A DNA stretch of 64,000 nt, from NCBI GenBank assembly GCA_963708295.1, contig CAVPSJ010000015.1, positions 256,001 to 320,000 on the forward strand. Reading direction: 5' to 3'. A program made the translations under genes and the position numbers. Shown here in pieces: positions 49,188 to 59,108 of this stretch. This stretch comes from an uncultured delta proteobacterium. GTDB taxonomy: Bacteria; Desulfobacterota; BSN033; UBA1163. The notes beneath the pieces are model-generated. The model was not told the DNA's origin. It searched no databases and saw only the letters and a program-made list of their open reading frames with translations. Within the stretch, counting starts at the first letter, position 1. The number at the start of each line of letters is the position of its first letter.

Positions 49188-50267
49188 TTAATGTGGAGCG
49201 ATCTGTGTCGGCTCGATCGGCTCGGCACAAAGGTTTTCCCCTTTTTCATAGTCCATGACCCAGACCGACAGATAAGTGTCGACATAATCAAGCCAGGATT
49301 TAAATGAGGCCAGGTTATGGGCATGGCGGTAAAGGCGCGCCGTGACGACAGCGGACCCGGCGGCGTAATGACGGCAATCGTCGCAATCCGTATCCGGCAC
49401 GCAGCAGGCAACCGACCTGTCCCAGTTCAAGTCCGTTCTGTATTGCCGGAAAGATCTGCCCAGACCGATATCCTGGGAAGGATTCTGGCGGGGATAGGAA
49501 CAACGGTAAAGATCGTGCAAACCTTTTTGATGGGTGTGTGCCACGGCATTGTAAACGGAAAAAAGAATATTTTGCGGATATTTATTCAAAAGCGCTATCA
49601 TCTTTTGTTTTGTTCGTTGAAGAGATTCATCATCATGGCGCAGGGGGCCGGTATAACCGACCGGAGAAGAAAACACATTAAAGGTTAATTTACAACCGTG
49701 GGTCACAAGCGCTTCGACGACCTCATGGACTTCATCGATATTTCCCCGCGTAAAAGTGTAAACAAACACCGCCCGCGGATCATTTTTATAATTTTCGATC
49801 TGCGCTTTCAAAAGATTTTTCGCTTTTCGGATGCGCAGGCTGGTTTCGTCATTGCCCCAGACGGAGATGTGAACCTTATAACGGACCGATTCCGGGATTT
49901 TTCTAAAACCATTCGTCGCGATACTGCCCAGCGGCATCTCCTGATAGCACACCTCGAGCAACTCCGGCACCAAAGACGGCTCTGCTCCTGCCAGAACGAC
50001 ATAGGTAATGCCGCGAGCTTTTTCGCCTTGCATCAGCCTTCGCCATGCCTGCACGTCGCCCATTTCCCGGGCAAATTGTTTATCCCCTTCAAAATAATAA
50101 CAGCCGTCACAACGGATATTACAGCGGTTACTCATGTCATACGTTGACTCCCGCAGAAAAAAATATTTCCTGACTTTTTCCCACCGCGCCTTTACCTCCG
50201 GCCGGGCCAAGAGCTCGGAAAATTTCGGTTTGGCAGGTTCCAAAAAATCTTTAGGGTTAATCGTCAT
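49188..50267 (-). CDS. Radical SAM protein B
   Basis: CNIRCDGC (CxxxCxxC), GAEP, ATNG; C-terminal C...CC-x5-CxxC. Confidence 0.9.
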   Translation of the reverse strand: MTINPKDFLEPAKPKFSELLARPEVKARWEKVRKYFFLRESTYDMSNRCNIRCDGCYYFEGDKQFAREMGDVQAWRRLMQGEKARGITYVVLAGAEPSLVPELLEVCYQEMPLGSIATNGFRKIPESVRYKVHISVWGNDETSLRIRKAKNLLKAQIENYKNDPRAVFVYTFTRGNIDEVHEVVEALVTHGCKLTFNVFSSPVGYTGPLRHDDESLQRTKQKMIALLNKYPQNILFSVYNAVAHTHQKGLHDLYRCSYPRQNPSQDIGLGRSFRQYRTDLNWDRSVACCVPDTDCDDCRHYAAGSAVVTARLYRHAHNLASFKSWLDYVDTYLSVWVMDYEKGENLCAEPIEPTQIAPH

Positions 50268-50287
50268 AGACCGGTCATCTCTGTCGA

Positions 50288-50560
50288 CTAATTTTTCGTG
50301 GCAAGTTTTTCTTCGATATAATCGGCGATCAGACGAATTGTTTTCAATTTTGGATAGTCGTCTTCATCAATCACAATTTTATATTCATCCTGCAGGACCA
50401 AGGCAAGGGTGGCCAAATCCATACTATCAATGCCCAGTTCATCCACCAGGTCCATATCCGGATTGAATGTATCGGCAGTCACATCTTCCAGCTTAAGTTC
50501 TCCGATGAGGACTTCGGCCACGTGACGGACAATGCCTCTCATATCGATATTTTCAGGCAT
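50288..50560 (-). CDS. Acyl carrier protein
   Basis: Acidic 90-aa protein with DELGIDSMDL phosphopantetheinylation site; SD GGAGG. Confidence 0.92.
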   Translation of the reverse strand: MPENIDMRGIVRHVAEVLIGELKLEDVTADTFNPDMDLVDELGIDSMDLATLALVLQDEYKIVIDEDDYPKLKTIRLIADYIEEKLATKN

Positions 50561-51045
50561 TCGAACCCTCCTTCGACACGTTTCTTGTTCTTTCCTATCT
50601 CTTCCGCAAGGATAAAAGATACGGGTTTACTCGCGACGCAGCCGTTCTCGGGGAGATGGCCCTCTGCACATGCCAATCCATTGCTGTGATATTTTACCCA
50701 CCCCAACGAACTGTCCGGATTGACAAACTGAAGGAGCTGTCCCCGTAAAAGCAATCAGCTTTTTGTGAGAGCGAGAATTGTCCGCTGTCCCCACCGCAGC
50801 CAAGAGCGGCGAACCGTTTGTTTCATCTGTGCTCCTTGAGGCGTTTATGGGTCAACGGCCATTTTCTTAGCAAAAGTGTACTAGATCAAAGACCGAGTGT
50901 CAATGGGACCGAGGACCACACGATGTCTCCATGGGGACATGATTACTTTGCTATCTCATTAGATCTCAAACCCCTTGACGGAGGTTGGCCGCCAGGGATA
51001 TTCTGATAGAATATTAAATCCATAGGAAAGCGGAGAGGACGGAAG

Positions 51046-52056
51046 ATGAATGAGGGGCGGAAGATGAATATTGTCCGTGCTGCGGTGGTCCAGGATAGTC
51101 CAGTTGTTTTTAATCGGAAAGCCACCGTTGAAAAGGTCTACTCCTTAGTGAACCAAGCGGGCAGAGAAGGGGCAAGACTGGTCGTCCTTCCTGAGGCGTT
51201 CGTCTCAGCATACCCCGCAGGACTGGACTTTGGAGCCCGGATTGGCTCCCGGACGCCAGAAGGGCGTGAGGATTTCAGGCGATATCACGAAAGTGCTGTG
51301 GATGTGCCCGGTCCGGCCTGTGAGGCCCTCGGGAAGGCTGCGCGGGATGCCCGGGTTTTTCTGGTCGTCGGCGTCATCGAGCGTGACGGCGGAACGCTTT
51401 ATTGTACGGTCCTTTTCTTTTCCCCGGATGGAGGATTCATGGGAAAACATCGAAAGTTAATGCCCACCGCCATGGAGCGCCTGGTCTGGGGATTTGGGGA
51501 TGGTTCGACGCTGCCCGTATTTGATACCCCTCTCGGAAAAATTGGAAGCGTCATTTGTTGGGAAAACTACATGCCCATGCTCCGCATGCACATGTTCGCC
51601 CAAGGAATCCAGATCTACTGTGCCCCAACGGCCGACTCCCGGGACACCTGGCTTCCTTCGATGCGCCACATCGCCCTGGAGGGACGCTGCTTCGTCCTCA
51701 GCTGCTGCCAGTACCTCACCCGGGCCGATTGTCCGGAGGACTATGCCGCCGGCCGGGGAAACGACCCGGCCACGGTTCTGATGCGGGGGGGAAGCTGCAT
51801 CATTGGCCCCCTGGGCCAGATTTTGGCTGGCCCAAATTTTGAAGGGCCGTGTATCCTGATTGCGGATCTGGATTTGGATGAGATTCCAAGAGGCAAATAT
51901 GACTTCGACGTCGTCGGCCATTATTCCCGGCCGGATATTTTTCGCCTTTATGTCAACACTCGTCCTACCCCACCGGTGGTGGTATCTTCAGGAGACGAGG
52001 AGGAAACGAATCTTCCACGGAAGCCTGGCCAAGGGCCTCGCGGTGATCCAGCGTGA
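51046..52056 (+). CDS. Nitrilase (carbon-nitrogen hydrolase)
   Basis: LPEAF (Glu), HRKLMPT (Lys), ICWENYMP (Cys), DVVGHYSRPD. Confidence 0.93.
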   Translation: MNEGRKMNIVRAAVVQDSPVVFNRKATVEKVYSLVNQAGREGARLVVLPEAFVSAYPAGLDFGARIGSRTPEGREDFRRYHESAVDVPGPACEALGKAARDARVFLVVGVIERDGGTLYCTVLFFSPDGGFMGKHRKLMPTAMERLVWGFGDGSTLPVFDTPLGKIGSVICWENYMPMLRMHMFAQGIQIYCAPTADSRDTWLPSMRHIALEGRCFVLSCCQYLTRADCPEDYAAGRGNDPATVLMRGGSCIIGPLGQILAGPNFEGPCILIADLDLDEIPRGKYDFDVVGHYSRPDIFRLYVNTRPTPPVVVSSGDEEETNLPRKPGQGPRGDPA

Positions 52057-52077
52057 TACTGATCCTTCGCGTCAATA

Positions 52078-52461
52078 TCAATCTACTCCTCCCAGCCTCG
52101 GGGGGCGTATCGCCTTCCTCCGCATGTTGTCCCAATAATCACTTGTATTCTGCTCTCGAATTCGATACCGATGTTTCAGGGAAACAAATTCCCAGGGATG
52201 CTCAGCATCGTCATAATAACCCACCGGTCTTGCATCCAAGCCGAGCCTCTTGGAACTTTCCTGGAGCCAGACGAATCCGCAGTGAGTACACCGGTACAGG
52301 CTTTCCCCTTCCTTTTTCTCGGCCCACACTTCTCGGCTGAGCCAATTAGGGTTTCCCCTTATTCGATTCAATTTGGTTTTATGTCCCCCGGTGCAAGTTC
52401 GTGAAGGGCAGTGCGCTTCATATCGTTTCGACGACGTTTGTCCCCTTTCCGAAAAAGCCAT
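52078..52461 (-). CDS. Hypothetical protein with Cys motifs (possible zinc ribbon)
   Basis: CPSRTC and YRCTHCGFVW. Confidence 0.55.
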   Translation of the reverse strand: MAFSERGQTSSKRYEAHCPSRTCTGGHKTKLNRIRGNPNWLSREVWAEKKEGESLYRCTHCGFVWLQESSKRLGLDARPVGYYDDAEHPWEFVSLKHRYRIREQNTSDYWDNMRRKAIRPPRLGGVD

Positions 52462-52760
52462 TTTTCATCTTTCAGGTTATTCTTTGTACTTGTGTTGGAA
52501 GCACTTTTGAGATACGCTGGAATGTCTCCCGTATTTCAATTGATCTTCCTTTCCATTTCCTCTCCCTGCAAGAAAGGAATTTTCAGTTCCCCTTTGATGG
52601 ATAACTCATGGATCGGTCTCGAATGAAGAGGGTTTTCGATTTATGGTTGAAACATAAGGAAGGCCTCCAGAGGATATCATCATCCCCCTGGAGACTTCAT
52701 ACAGGCATTTTCCTGAAACCCTTTCGCATCCATCACTCCAACAGGCTGATGTTGCGTGCC

Positions 52761-53005
52761 CGGGAAGCCCCGCCTGTGGGCGGGTATCTTCACAAGACTT
52801 TACTCGTTTTGAACGGAAAGGTCAATAAGAATTATTCCTGCCGTGAGCCTTTCGATTCCCGGTCTATTCTTCGACTTCCCTCGGGAGGGTGAGCCTGTCG
52901 AACCAAAGACCGGGGCTTGCCTTCGACCCGATTGATTCGACTGAGCCTGTCGAGCGCCTCCAGGTCGAGCGACTCGCCGAAATCTCAGGCCGAGGAGTCG
53001 AGGTT
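52761..53005. repeat. Cluster of an IS605-like end palindrome and nested REP-like units
   Basis: CGGGAAGCCCCGCCTGTGGGCGGG...TTCAC then several TGAGCCT(G/T)TCGA / TTCGAC units. Confidence 0.6.
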
Positions 53006-53162
53006 CACCCTGCATCAGCTTTCTTTCCCATCTCTACGGGTGAAGGGCTGCTCAGGAGGAGTATTTTTCTTGACATACAACTCTCTTTTTCTTATATATA
53101 ACTCACTCCTTGGTTTGACCATTTCACAAGATCGCCAGCTCTCACTGCCAGAAAGATCCAAC

Positions 53163-53603
53163 ATGACCATAGACCGAATCAGCGGGGTCTTTCTCTTTCT
53201 CCTCGGACTCTTTGTCGCCTGGGAGGACCGCGTGCTTCCCCTGGGCACCCATGGTCGTCCAGGCCCTGGATATTTCCCTCTGTTGCTTTCCGCCCTCCTC
53301 GGAATCCTGGGGCTTCTGCTGTTCCTCCGGGGTCGGTCATCCGCTCCTTTGCGTTCCATCCGCTGGGAAGAAGCGGGGCATGCCGCGGCGATTCTGGCGT
53401 GTAGCTTCCTGGCCACATTCGGAATTGAAAGGCTCGGCTACCGCATCACCATGATCCTCATCCTGGGATTTCTTTTCGGCGTTGTGGAACGTCTGAAACT
53501 CTGGCAGGTCTTTGTTCTGACGATCGGTCTCTCTCTCGGCTCCTTCTGGGTTTTCGATTCCCTTCTTCGGGTCATTCTTCCGAGAGGAGGTTTTGGATTC
53601 TAA
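53163..53603 (+). CDS. tctB: Tripartite tricarboxylate transporter small subunit
   Basis: Four TM helices, GRPGPGYFP, ERLGY, LRVILPRG; directly upstream of tctA. Confidence 0.85.
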   Translation: MTIDRISGVFLFLLGLFVAWEDRVLPLGTHGRPGPGYFPLLLSALLGILGLLLFLRGRSSAPLRSIRWEEAGHAAAILACSFLATFGIERLGYRITMILILGFLFGVVERLKLWQVFVLTIGLSLGSFWVFDSLLRVILPRGGFGF

Positions 53604-55126
53604 TGGGAGATACCTTCCATCATCTGCTTTTGGGTTTTTCAACGGCCCTCACGGCAACCAATCTCTTTTATGGCTTTCTGGGCTGTTTCATAGGAACGAT
53701 CGTCGGTGTTCTTCCGGGAGTCGGCCCCCTCGCAGGGATCAGCATGCTCCTCCCTACGACCTTCGGGCTCAACACGACCTCCGCCATCATCCTTCTGGCC
53801 GGGATCTATTATGGGGCGATGTACGGGGGATCGACGACGTCCATCCTCATGAGAATCCCCGGGGAGGCGGCCTCTGTTGTCACCTGCATCGACGGATATG
53901 CCATGGCGCAGAAGGGCCGGGCCGGCCCGGCCCTTGCGATTGCCGCCATCGGCTCGTATGTCGCCGGGACGCTGAGTATCGTCGGGTTGATGTTTCTTGC
54001 GCCTCCCCTGGCCAGGTTCGCTCTCCGATTCGGTCCCCCGGAATATGTCAGCCTTCTTGTCTTAGGGCTCATCGTCCTTGGATACATGACCGGAGGATCG
54101 GTCATCAAAAACCTATCGATGATCATTCTGGGCCTCCTCTTCGGTATGATCGGGATCGATCAGATGACCGGGTATTTCCGGTTTTCATACGGGATTGTGG
54201 CCCTGGGAGATGGCATCGGGATTGTTCCGGTCGCTGTGGGTCTCTTTGGAATTGCTGAGATCCTTGCCACGGCCGGACAGTCGGGTAGGCCGGAAGTGAT
54301 GAAGCCTCGGTTCAAAGACCTCATCCCGTCGCGTCAGGAGTTCAAAGAATCGTGGTGGCCCATGGGCCGGGGGACGGTACTCGGTTTTCTGATCGGTATC
54401 ATCCCGGGCTCCGCCCATATCATTTCAACCTTCGTCTCCTATGCCGTGGAGAGAAGGATATCGAAGCATCCCGAAAAGTTCGGCAAAGGGGCGGTGGAAG
54501 GGGTTGCCGGGCCGGAGTCGGCCAACAACGCAGCAAGCTGCGGAGCCTTGGTGCCCATGCTGGCCCTTGGCGTTCCCACAGGTGGAATCCCCGCGGTCCT
54601 GCTTGCGTCCCTCATGGTCCATGGAATCAATCCGGGGCCTCTCTTCATCAAGGAGCAGCCTATTGTTTTCTGGGGGCTCGTTGCAAGCATGTATGTCGGG
54701 AACGTGATCCTCCTGCTTCTCAATCTTCCCCTGGTTGGCCTCTTTGTCAACTTCCTGAGAATCCCCTATAGAATCCTCTATCCGACGATCCTGATGTTTT
54801 GCGTGGTCGGGGTCTATGCGGTTAATTCGAGCTTTGTTGACGTGGGCATCATGAGCGTCATGGGAGTCCTGGGGTACATTTTACGCAAGTTTGACTTTGA
54901 GACCGCGCCCGTCGTCCTCGGGGTTGTCCTGGCGCCGATCATTGAGGTGAGTTTCAGGCAATCCCTTGCCATGTCGGATGGGCGATATTCCATCTTTGTT
55001 CAGCGCCCGGTATCCGTTATCTTTCTGATGTCCGCTGTTGCAATGATTCTCCTTGCCGTTAGGCCTCTGATTTGGAAGAAGAGCGGCTTCCGGGACCGCT
55101 TGACGGAGGCGGAGAAGGGCGGATAA
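53603..55126 (+). CDS. tctA: Tripartite tricarboxylate transporter permease
   Basis: GVLPGVG, YYGAMYGGS, IPGEAASV...DGY, GPESANNA, LALGVP. Confidence 0.95.
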   Translation: MGDTFHHLLLGFSTALTATNLFYGFLGCFIGTIVGVLPGVGPLAGISMLLPTTFGLNTTSAIILLAGIYYGAMYGGSTTSILMRIPGEAASVVTCIDGYAMAQKGRAGPALAIAAIGSYVAGTLSIVGLMFLAPPLARFALRFGPPEYVSLLVLGLIVLGYMTGGSVIKNLSMIILGLLFGMIGIDQMTGYFRFSYGIVALGDGIGIVPVAVGLFGIAEILATAGQSGRPEVMKPRFKDLIPSRQEFKESWWPMGRGTVLGFLIGIIPGSAHIISTFVSYAVERRISKHPEKFGKGAVEGVAGPESANNAASCGALVPMLALGVPTGGIPAVLLASLMVHGINPGPLFIKEQPIVFWGLVASMYVGNVILLLLNLPLVGLFVNFLRIPYRILYPTILMFCVVGVYAVNSSFVDVGIMSVMGVLGYILRKFDFETAPVVLGVVLAPIIEVSFRQSLAMSDGRYSIFVQRPVSVIFLMSAVAMILLAVRPLIWKKSGFRDRLTEAEKGG

Positions 55127-55196
55127 GACACAGTCTCCTAGGGGTGAGGGGAGATCATCTTTCACAATAGCGTGAAATACAAAAGGAGGAAACAAC

Positions 55197-56186
55197 ATGA
55201 AACGTCACAGAATTTTTTGGGGTATGATGGCAATTTGCATTGGTTGTTTGGGGCTTGCCGCCGGACTTTCGGCGGCTCAGGAAGTGTACCCGTCTCGACC
55301 CATTCAGATCATCGTTCCTTTTCCCCCCGGCGGTGTGGCAGACCTTGTGGCACGCCCTTTTGCCACCGCTCTTGAAAAGCTTCTGAAGCAACCGGTGGTT
55401 GTCGTCAACAAGACCGGCGCCGGCGGTGCGGTCGGGATGCAGACTGCGGCCGTGGCAAAGCCGGATGGCTACACCTTGATGGTCGCCCTCTCCAGCATTT
55501 CAGTCATGCCGGAGGTAGACGCCCTGTTTAACCGGCCTCCAACCTATAAACTCGAAGATTTTGCCCCGATTGCCCTTCTTACATCGGATCCAACGATCCT
55601 TGCCGTCAGGAAAGAGACTCCCTGGAAGACGGTTTCTGAATTTGTTGCCGATGCTAAGCGAAGGCCTAACGAGATCAAATACAGCTCTTCGGGTGTTTAC
55701 GGAACGATGCACGTGGCGATGGAACTCTTTACGCATGCTGCCGGAATCCAGTTGCGTCATATCCCGACCGCAGGCGGGGGACCGGCTCTGACTGCGCTCC
55801 TGGGAGGACATGTCGATTGCTCCTCCATCGGACCGAACGTTGCGATCCCGCAAGTGAAGGCCGGAGCCCTCCGGGTGCTCGCTTCCTGGGGAGACAAGCG
55901 ACTCGCTGCCCTGCCCGATGTCCCCACGCTCATGGAACTTGGATATAAAGACGTCGAATTTTACATCTGGTCCGGCTTTTTCGCCCCCAGGGCAACGCCT
56001 CCTGCTGCCATCAAAGTACTGAGAGAAGCCACTCAAAAGGCCGTCAATTCGCCGGAGTTTAAAACAGCCCTGGAGAAGATGGAAACACCCATCGCCTACC
56101 TTGACGCAGACGATTTTCAGAAGTTCTGGGACAAGGATGCGAAGCGATTAATCCAGGGAGTGAGAAACATAGGGAAGGTGCAGTAA
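55197..56186 (+). CDS. tctC: Tripartite tricarboxylate transporter substrate-binding protein (Bug)
   Basis: Signal peptide; YPSRPIQIIVPFPPGG, NKTGAGG, KPDGYTL, LPDVPT. Confidence 0.93.
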   Translation: MKRHRIFWGMMAICIGCLGLAAGLSAAQEVYPSRPIQIIVPFPPGGVADLVARPFATALEKLLKQPVVVVNKTGAGGAVGMQTAAVAKPDGYTLMVALSSISVMPEVDALFNRPPTYKLEDFAPIALLTSDPTILAVRKETPWKTVSEFVADAKRRPNEIKYSSSGVYGTMHVAMELFTHAAGIQLRHIPTAGGGPALTALLGGHVDCSSIGPNVAIPQVKAGALRVLASWGDKRLAALPDVPTLMELGYKDVEFYIWSGFFAPRATPPAAIKVLREATQKAVNSPEFKTALEKMETPIAYLDADDFQKFWDKDAKRLIQGVRNIGKVQ

Positions 56187-56371
56187 CCCAACCACCGGAT
56201 CGCATCAACGTCAGCGATCGGTGTCAGACAGCATGAGTTTCTTAGGGATCCAGCTGTGGCAGTGGGGCTTCCCCTACGAATTCATGTTTTGTTTTCATAG
56301 CCACGCTACGCGCTATCTGTCCTCGGTAGGAGGATGCGCTATGCGCTGTGCTATTTTTTCAGGAGAATTTT

Positions 56372-57250
56372 ATGAAGCGAATCGGTTTTATAGGAACGGG
56401 CCTCATGGGGCAACCCATGGCGAGGCGCCTCCTGGAGGGTGGATATCCCTTAACGGTCTGGAATCGCACGACACAAAGGGCTAAACTTCTGTTGGAGGCA
56501 GGGGCGGTCTGGGCGGATTCTCCGAAGACCGTAGCTCAAGCCTCCGACGTTGTGATTACGATGGTTACCGATTCAAAGGCATCCGAAGAAGTCATTTGCG
56601 GAAAAAACGGGGTGCTCGAAGGGGTCCACCCGGGCCTGATTCTAATCGACATGGGGAGTATCGGACCCGAAGTCTCCAGATCCATTTCGATTCGGGCGAA
56701 GGCCAAGGGGATTCCCATGCTCGATGCGCCGGTGACGGGGAATCCGAAAGTGGCTTCGGAAGGGAAATTGGGGATCATGGTCGGTGGCCCCAGGGAGACT
56801 TTTGATGCGTGCCTTCCGATCTTCGAAAAGATGGGGATCAAGATCGTATATGTGGGCGACAATGGTACTGGAACGACACTCAAACTAATCAATAACCTGA
56901 TCCTCGGAATAGCGATCGAGGCTGTTGCCGAGGCCTTTGTCCTGGCAAAAAAGGTTGGAATCGATCCGCAAAAGGTGATCGAGATTACCTCCGTTGGGGG
57001 CGCTCGAACAGGGGCCATGGAGACACGGGGTCCGAGGATGGCCAGGCACGATTTTTCGCCCCATTTCTCGACCAACAACATGTACAAGGATCTATCAAGC
57101 GTCATGAAGCTGGCTGAGGAAGCCGGCGTTTCCCTTCCGGCAGCCAGTATCTCAACGGAGATGCTCAGGGCGGCGAAGTCCCAGGAAAAAGGAGACCTTG
57201 ATTCGTGCGTCGTCATGACGGTGCTGGAGGGTCTGGCGAATATCACGTAA
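56372..57250 (+). CDS. Beta-hydroxyacid dehydrogenase (3-hydroxyisobutyrate/tartronate-semialdehyde reductase family)
   Basis: IGFIGTGLMG, LDAPVTG, MVGG, KLINN, KDL. Confidence 0.9.
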   Translation: MKRIGFIGTGLMGQPMARRLLEGGYPLTVWNRTTQRAKLLLEAGAVWADSPKTVAQASDVVITMVTDSKASEEVICGKNGVLEGVHPGLILIDMGSIGPEVSRSISIRAKAKGIPMLDAPVTGNPKVASEGKLGIMVGGPRETFDACLPIFEKMGIKIVYVGDNGTGTTLKLINNLILGIAIEAVAEAFVLAKKVGIDPQKVIEITSVGGARTGAMETRGPRMARHDFSPHFSTNNMYKDLSSVMKLAEEAGVSLPAASISTEMLRAAKSQEKGDLDSCVVMTVLEGLANIT

Positions 57251-57267
57251 AATATGATCACATAGGG

Positions 57268-57549
57268 AATGTCTCACTGAAGCGTGCGGAACCCCGGCGA
57301 CCCGACCCCGCGCCACGCGGGGCCTCCGAAAATATTATAAAACGGATGGATCATATTTTTTCAGGTTGGGTAACACTCACTATCGGTAGCCCGGTTGTCG
57401 CTGCGTTACTGAGCCGTTCAGCTTTAGGGACAAGCTGAGGTTGCCGCCATAAGATTTTCTCCGACATTCCTGTCGGATCTCAGCGAGCCATGGGAGAGTG
57501 AGGCATTTCTGCCTGGTCTCAGGATTTCCGCACGTTTCAGTGAGGCATT
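57268..57549. mobile_element. 282-bp MITE with about 24-bp terminal inverted repeats
   Basis: AATGTCTCACTGAAGCGTGCGGAA ... TTCCGCACGTTTCAGTGAGGCATT (2 mismatches). Confidence 0.75.
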
Positions 57550-57620
57550 ACTCACGCAGATTGAAAGAAGTATGATACCGACTTCAACCGGAAAATCTAA
57601 GGAGAAGAGGAGAATAGACC

Positions 57621-58784
57621 ATGTACCAATTGATTCAATTTAAGACACCATCCATCCTCTTTGGGATGGATACCATCAACCAGATCGGCCAGGAGGCAAA
57701 GAAGCTCGGGGCCGGAAGAGTTCTCCTGGTGACGGGGCCCAGGGTAAAGGCGGCGGGGATTCTTGAGAAGGCGGTCTCTTTTTTGAAAGGTGAATCCATT
57801 TCTGTGGAAGTCGCGGTCGAGGACCGGGATACCCCGGAACCCGCCACCACGGTGGTGGAAGAAGTGGCTGAGATTGCCAGGAAAGGAAATTTCGACGTGA
57901 TCGTGGGACTGGGGGGAGGGAGTATTCTCGATGTTGCCAAAATGGCCTCCGCTTTATTGACCAATCCCGGGAAGACAAAAGACTATTTTGGAAAGGAGAA
58001 GGTTCCTAAACGCGGGAAACCCACCATCATCATTCCAACGACTGCAGGGACAGGGGCCGAGGTGACCAAGCACGCCATCTTTCTCGACCGGGAGTCGAAC
58101 GTGAAAAAGGCTGTCGCCTCCTCGAACCTTTTGCCTGACGTGGCCATCGTTGACCCTATGCTGACGGTCAGTTGCCCGCCTCCTGTCACGGCCAGCGCAG
58201 GGATCGATGCCTTCCTCCACGCGGCAGAGCCGTTCCTTTCGAAGATGGCAAACCCTATGACCGATGCCATGTCTCTGGAGGCGATCTCCATTACCAGCCG
58301 ATGGCTGGGGCCGGCCTTCGCTGACGGACAGGATCTGGATGCCCGCTACTATATGTCTCTGGGTAGCCTGATGTCCGGCATTGTTCTTAACAATTCCGGG
58401 ACGAGTCTTGTCCATGCCATGGCTTACCCCGTGGGCGGGGAATACCACACGCCTCATGGAGTCACCCTCAGCGCCCTTGTCGTTGCGTGTTTTGATTATA
58501 TCCGGGTGGCAAAGCAGGAAAAGATGGTTCGTCTCGGCCGGGCCATGGGCGAGCCAGTGGACGGGCTTCCGCCGAGAGAAGCTTCAGCCCGTGCCCTGGA
58601 TGCAATCCGCCATTTGATCCAGAGTGTGGGACTTCCGGCCTCGCTGAAAGACCTGAAGATCACCGATACAGGCAGGATCCCAAGATGGGCGGTGGAGGCG
58701 CATAAAGAACAGAGACTTCTCTCCCGTTCCCCCCGGATCCTTTCCGTAGAGGATATCCAGAAGATCTATGAGAAGGCCTTTTAA
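57621..58784 (+). CDS. Iron-containing alcohol dehydrogenase
   Basis: GLGGGSILDVAK, IPTTAGTGAEVT, AIVDP, DAFLHAAE, VHAMAY, HG. Confidence 0.93.
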   Translation: MYQLIQFKTPSILFGMDTINQIGQEAKKLGAGRVLLVTGPRVKAAGILEKAVSFLKGESISVEVAVEDRDTPEPATTVVEEVAEIARKGNFDVIVGLGGGSILDVAKMASALLTNPGKTKDYFGKEKVPKRGKPTIIIPTTAGTGAEVTKHAIFLDRESNVKKAVASSNLLPDVAIVDPMLTVSCPPPVTASAGIDAFLHAAEPFLSKMANPMTDAMSLEAISITSRWLGPAFADGQDLDARYYMSLGSLMSGIVLNNSGTSLVHAMAYPVGGEYHTPHGVTLSALVVACFDYIRVAKQEKMVRLGRAMGEPVDGLPPREASARALDAIRHLIQSVGLPASLKDLKITDTGRIPRWAVEAHKEQRLLSRSPRILSVEDIQKIYEKAF

Positions 58785-58833
58785 TAAGTCATCGTAAGAA
58801 CCTCCCCTTAAAGTCTTTGAAAAAATTCGTTGT

Positions 58834-59034
58834 TTCACCGCGGAGACGCAAAGAGCGCAGAGGGGATTTGCTTTTGATCCAATCGGGAGATGGCGATTGG
58901 ATCAAAGCCCCCTCTTTGAAAACACATTTTCTCAGCATGCTGGTTCCACGAAGGGATGGGCATTTTTGATTTGCGGCTGTCTCCCCGCAAATCAAAAGAG
59001 ACTTCCTCCGCGTTCTCTGCGGCTCTGCGGTGAA
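58834..59034. repeat. Multi-hairpin element with CGCAGAG-type inverted arms between convergent genes
   Basis: TTCACCGCGGAGACGCAAAGAGCGCAGAG ... CTCCGCGTTCTCTGCGGCTCTGCGGTGAA enclosing TTTGATCCAATC/GATTGGATCAAA and TTTGATTTGCGG/CCGCAAATCAAA hairpins. Confidence 0.75.
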
Positions 59035-59108
59035 TTCATGTCGATCTGATTAAAGATCTTGTCCAGAGGGCTAAATTGATTAAGGATCGAAGCTTTTTGA
59101 AGAAACGG

